Shown here piece by piece: positions 61,501-64,000 of a DNA stretch of 64,000 bases. The notes under the pieces are model-generated. The model saw only the letters and a program-made list of their open reading frames with translations. It made no database searches and was not told the DNA's origin. Positions within the stretch are counted from its first letter, which is position 1. The number at the start of each line of letters is the position of its first letter. Source of the DNA: Macrostomum hystrix. Its lineage: Eukaryota; Animalia; Platyhelminthes. A program made the position numbers and the translations under genes. The stretch spans positions 1,736,001 to 1,800,000 of the forward strand of contig CATNEN010000025.1 in assembly GCA_950097015.1 (NCBI GenBank), written 5' to 3'.

Positions 61501-63564
61501 GCCACGTGCAGGCGGCACTGGCCAAGCGGCGGTGCCAGCTCGCCGGCTGTTGTTGGCATCCGAGCCAGACGATGAGGCGGCGGAACGGACAGGAGGGCAG
61601 AGAGTTGGCGCAGTCGCGGCGCCACAGCTTCGATGACGTTGAGAGCCGCAGCGGCTAATCGATCAGTTTCAGAGGCTGCGAATGAAATTTTAGATTTCAG
61701 TTAGATGACAGCTGATAATGGTGGTGAATGAGTGCCATCTTAAAACCCATTCCGTTCGTTTAAGTTAGGAAATTTTTTTTGAGTCACGAGTTCACCTTTG
61801 AAGTCCTAGCATCTATTGGAAGTCTCACCTTGGGAATCTATGAAAGTCTCACCTTGGAATCTACGGAAGTCTCACCTTGGAATCTACGTTTCAGCTTGGA
61901 ATTTACGTTTCACCTTGGAATCTACGGAAGTCTCACTTTGGAAGTCTCATTTGGGGAACATAGAAGCCTCCCAATGGGATATTAGAGACCTTAGCCACCT
62001 GGCAGTTTCAAAGCTCACCTGCCGCCTGCCGCTGGTGCTGCTGCTGCGCCAACGCCAACGAGGCGATGGTGCCGAAATCGCCGATATCACCGCCTCCGGC
62101 GCCGGTTCGTCGACCATCGAGGAGCGCCAGAAGAACCTGGGCGCCAGCGGCCACGCTGGACTCGCTGGGTCCGCCCTGACCGTCCAGCATCTTGGCCAAG
62201 ACGCTGGCAGCGGTGTGGCTGCACTCCAGCTGGTCCAGCAGTGACACTGGACTGTTGCCAGCCTGGATAGAATCTGTTTCAGAGGCCGTCGTTGTCGATG
62301 CGTCGGCATTAGCCGCGGACGAGGAGTTGGTCTCCTGGGCCGCGGCTGCTAGATCCCGACAGTAGGCGATGACGCTGATGAGGCACTGGGCACCGTTGTA
62401 CTGCTCCTCGGCGCTGCGGTCATTGGCCAGTGTGGCTAAGAGCTTGTCAACTAGGCCAGCGCTTGCTAGCCAGGCACCGACCTGATGCTGCTGCTGCTGC
62501 TGTTGCTGCTGTTGCTTCTGATATTGTTGGCCGTATTCATCACCTGGTCGCATAGTAACTATTGCAACTAGGAAATCCATAATAGCCGAAGTGCCCATGT
62601 GACGAATGATTAGGTCGACAAACTCAGAGCCCTTCGAGGACAGGTAGGTTAATAGGCGCTCTGACTGCTTGCGGGCCAGCAGCTGCATCACCTGAGGTAA
62701 AAAATTGAGATCCGATGTCAACGTTTATTAGCACATTTTTATATTTATTACACTCAAGAGACGACAGCAGCGACACCCAATATCCAAGTCAGTGGGGTGG
62801 GAGGCTAGCCAATACCACCAGTCAGTGGGGTGCGAGGCCACCCAATACCCCAGTCAGTGGGGTGGGAGGCCACCCAATACCCCAGTCAGTCAGTGGGGTG
62901 GGAGGCCAGCCAATACCCCAGTCAGTGGGGTGGGAGGCCAGCCAATACCCCAGTCAGTGGGGTGGAAGGCCAGCCAATACCCCAGCCAGTGGGGTGGGAG
63001 GCCAGCCAATACCCCAGCCAGTGGGGTGGGAGGCCAGCCAATACCCCAGTCAGTCAGTGGGGTGGAAGGCCAGCCAATACCCCAGTCAGTGGGGTGGAAG
63101 GCCAGCCAATACCCCAGTCAGTGGGGTGGGAGGCCAGCCAATACCCCAGTCAGTCAATGAGGTTGGAGCTGAAAGCAGCTCATACGGACCTTGGAGAAAA
63201 AGCTGGACAGCAGCGGATTCAGCGGCGGCTCAGCCTGCAGGAAGGCGTACAGCCGGTTGAGCCGACTGTCGTCCTTCACTAAGCCGGAGGTGAGGGCGTC
63301 AGCGTCGCTGGCCAGCAGTTCGCAGCACACATTGGCCAGACGATAACGCTGGCGATGAGGCAACTCGGCGCTTGGCTCAGTGACGACAGCATCAACCAGC
63401 TGGTCGAGAATGGCGTCCTGAGCCAGGTAATTAATTAGCTTCTGATTCTGTGACTTGCATTCTTGAATGACGCTCTCATCTTCAAGGATCTCCGATAATT
63501 GCACATCTGGCTTGTTTAGGAGGGGCTCAATATTGGATACAATTGAGGGCATCTGCCAGAACAT
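58590..63564 (-). CDS. PPP6R3: SAPS-family PP6 regulatory subunit (PPP6R1/2/3-like, 892 aa)
   Basis: Exons 63564-63190, 62691-62019, 61675-61305, 60636-60070, 59282-58590 (2679 nt, GT-AG). MFW start, EILEDESVIQECKSQNQKLINYL, LNPLLSSFFSKV, HMGTSAIMDFL, YPWNTFLHQAV, RLGYLGHLARLAN. The 3' end is less certain. Confidence 0.92.
59368..59926 (-). mobile_element. TTAA MITE family copy in a PPP6R intron, one end truncated
   Basis: TTAA at 59364-59367; reverse complement of most of 37318-37935. Confidence 0.85.
60703..61216. repeat. 32-34 bp intronic minisatellite
   Basis: Unit CTGAGG(C/T)ACAGGGG(GG)AGTATATGTGAATCATAC. Confidence 0.95.
61790..61990. repeat. Degenerate ~23-bp intronic repeat (GAAGTCTCACCTTGGAATCTAC)
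   Basis: Direct reading. Confidence 0.8.
62778..63156. repeat. 32-36 bp intronic minisatellite
   Basis: Unit CAGTGGGGTGGGAGGCCAGCCAATACCCCAGT. Confidence 0.95.
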
Positions 63565-63659
63565 AATGGCTGACTCAGGCTGTGGTGTCGGGCTAGCCCG
63601 GCTGAAATTGGTTGGCGAGTTGGGCGAAGCAGAATTATGAGATTCAATGCGAGCTCGGA

Positions 63660-64000
63660 AAGATTATTGAGAAATGCGAGAGTGGGATTGAGAAATATTA
63701 ATGGGAAAGGCGAGAGTGTGATTGGGAAAGATTGATAGAAAAGGCGAGAGTAGGATTGGGAAAGATTGATAGAAAAGGCGAGAGTAGGATTGGGAAAGAT
63801 TGATGGGAAAGGAGAGAGTGGGATTGGGAAAGATTGATAGAAAAGGCGAGAGTAGGATTGGGAAAGATTGATAGAAAAGGCGAGAGTGGGATTGGGAAAG
63901 ATTGATGGGAAAGGAGAGAGTGGGATTGGGAAAGATTGATAGAAAAGGCGAGAGTAGGATTGGGAAAGATTGATAGAAAAGGCGAGAGTGGGATTGGGAA
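63660..64000. repeat. 34-bp minisatellite running off the window end
   Basis: Unit GGGAAAGATTGATAGAAAAGGCGAGAGTAGGATT. Confidence 0.92.

Overview
Eukaryotic (metazoan) genomic DNA, not prokaryotic: GT-AG introns, intronic minisatellites and SINEs throughout. The style (dispersed 15-40 bp minisatellites in most introns, intronless orphan rhodopsin-like GPCR cluster) suggests a macrostomid-type flatworm; this is inference only. Hand-spliced gene models whose exon lengths sum to multiples of 3: two tandem orphan paralogues with an RRM-like domain and long low-complexity tails (4545-6515, 7462-10789), CEP63/DEUP1-like (12245-16534), COX18-like (18617-20235, start codon not located), a meiotic HORMAD/Hop1-like gene with PHD plus winged-helix region and 11/21/36-nt micro-exons (20949-26843), two intact GPCRs plus a pseudogene and a remnant (33127-43275), IGBP1/TAP42 (48105-49662), CUEDC2 (51723-52685) and PPP6R/SAPS (58590-63564, minus). 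Mobile DNA: a TTAA-flanked MITE family, two tRNA-derived SINE families (one CORE-like), a decayed MULE nested in a SINE, and a LINE RT fragment. Most long ORFs in the supplied track are artefacts of tandem repeats. Most notable: the orphan RRM-like pair, the HORMAD architecture, the gene-conversion tract in the GPCRs, possible trans-spliced operons, inverted 15-bp arrays, and a cryptic small-exon gene at about 30.1-30.9 kb.
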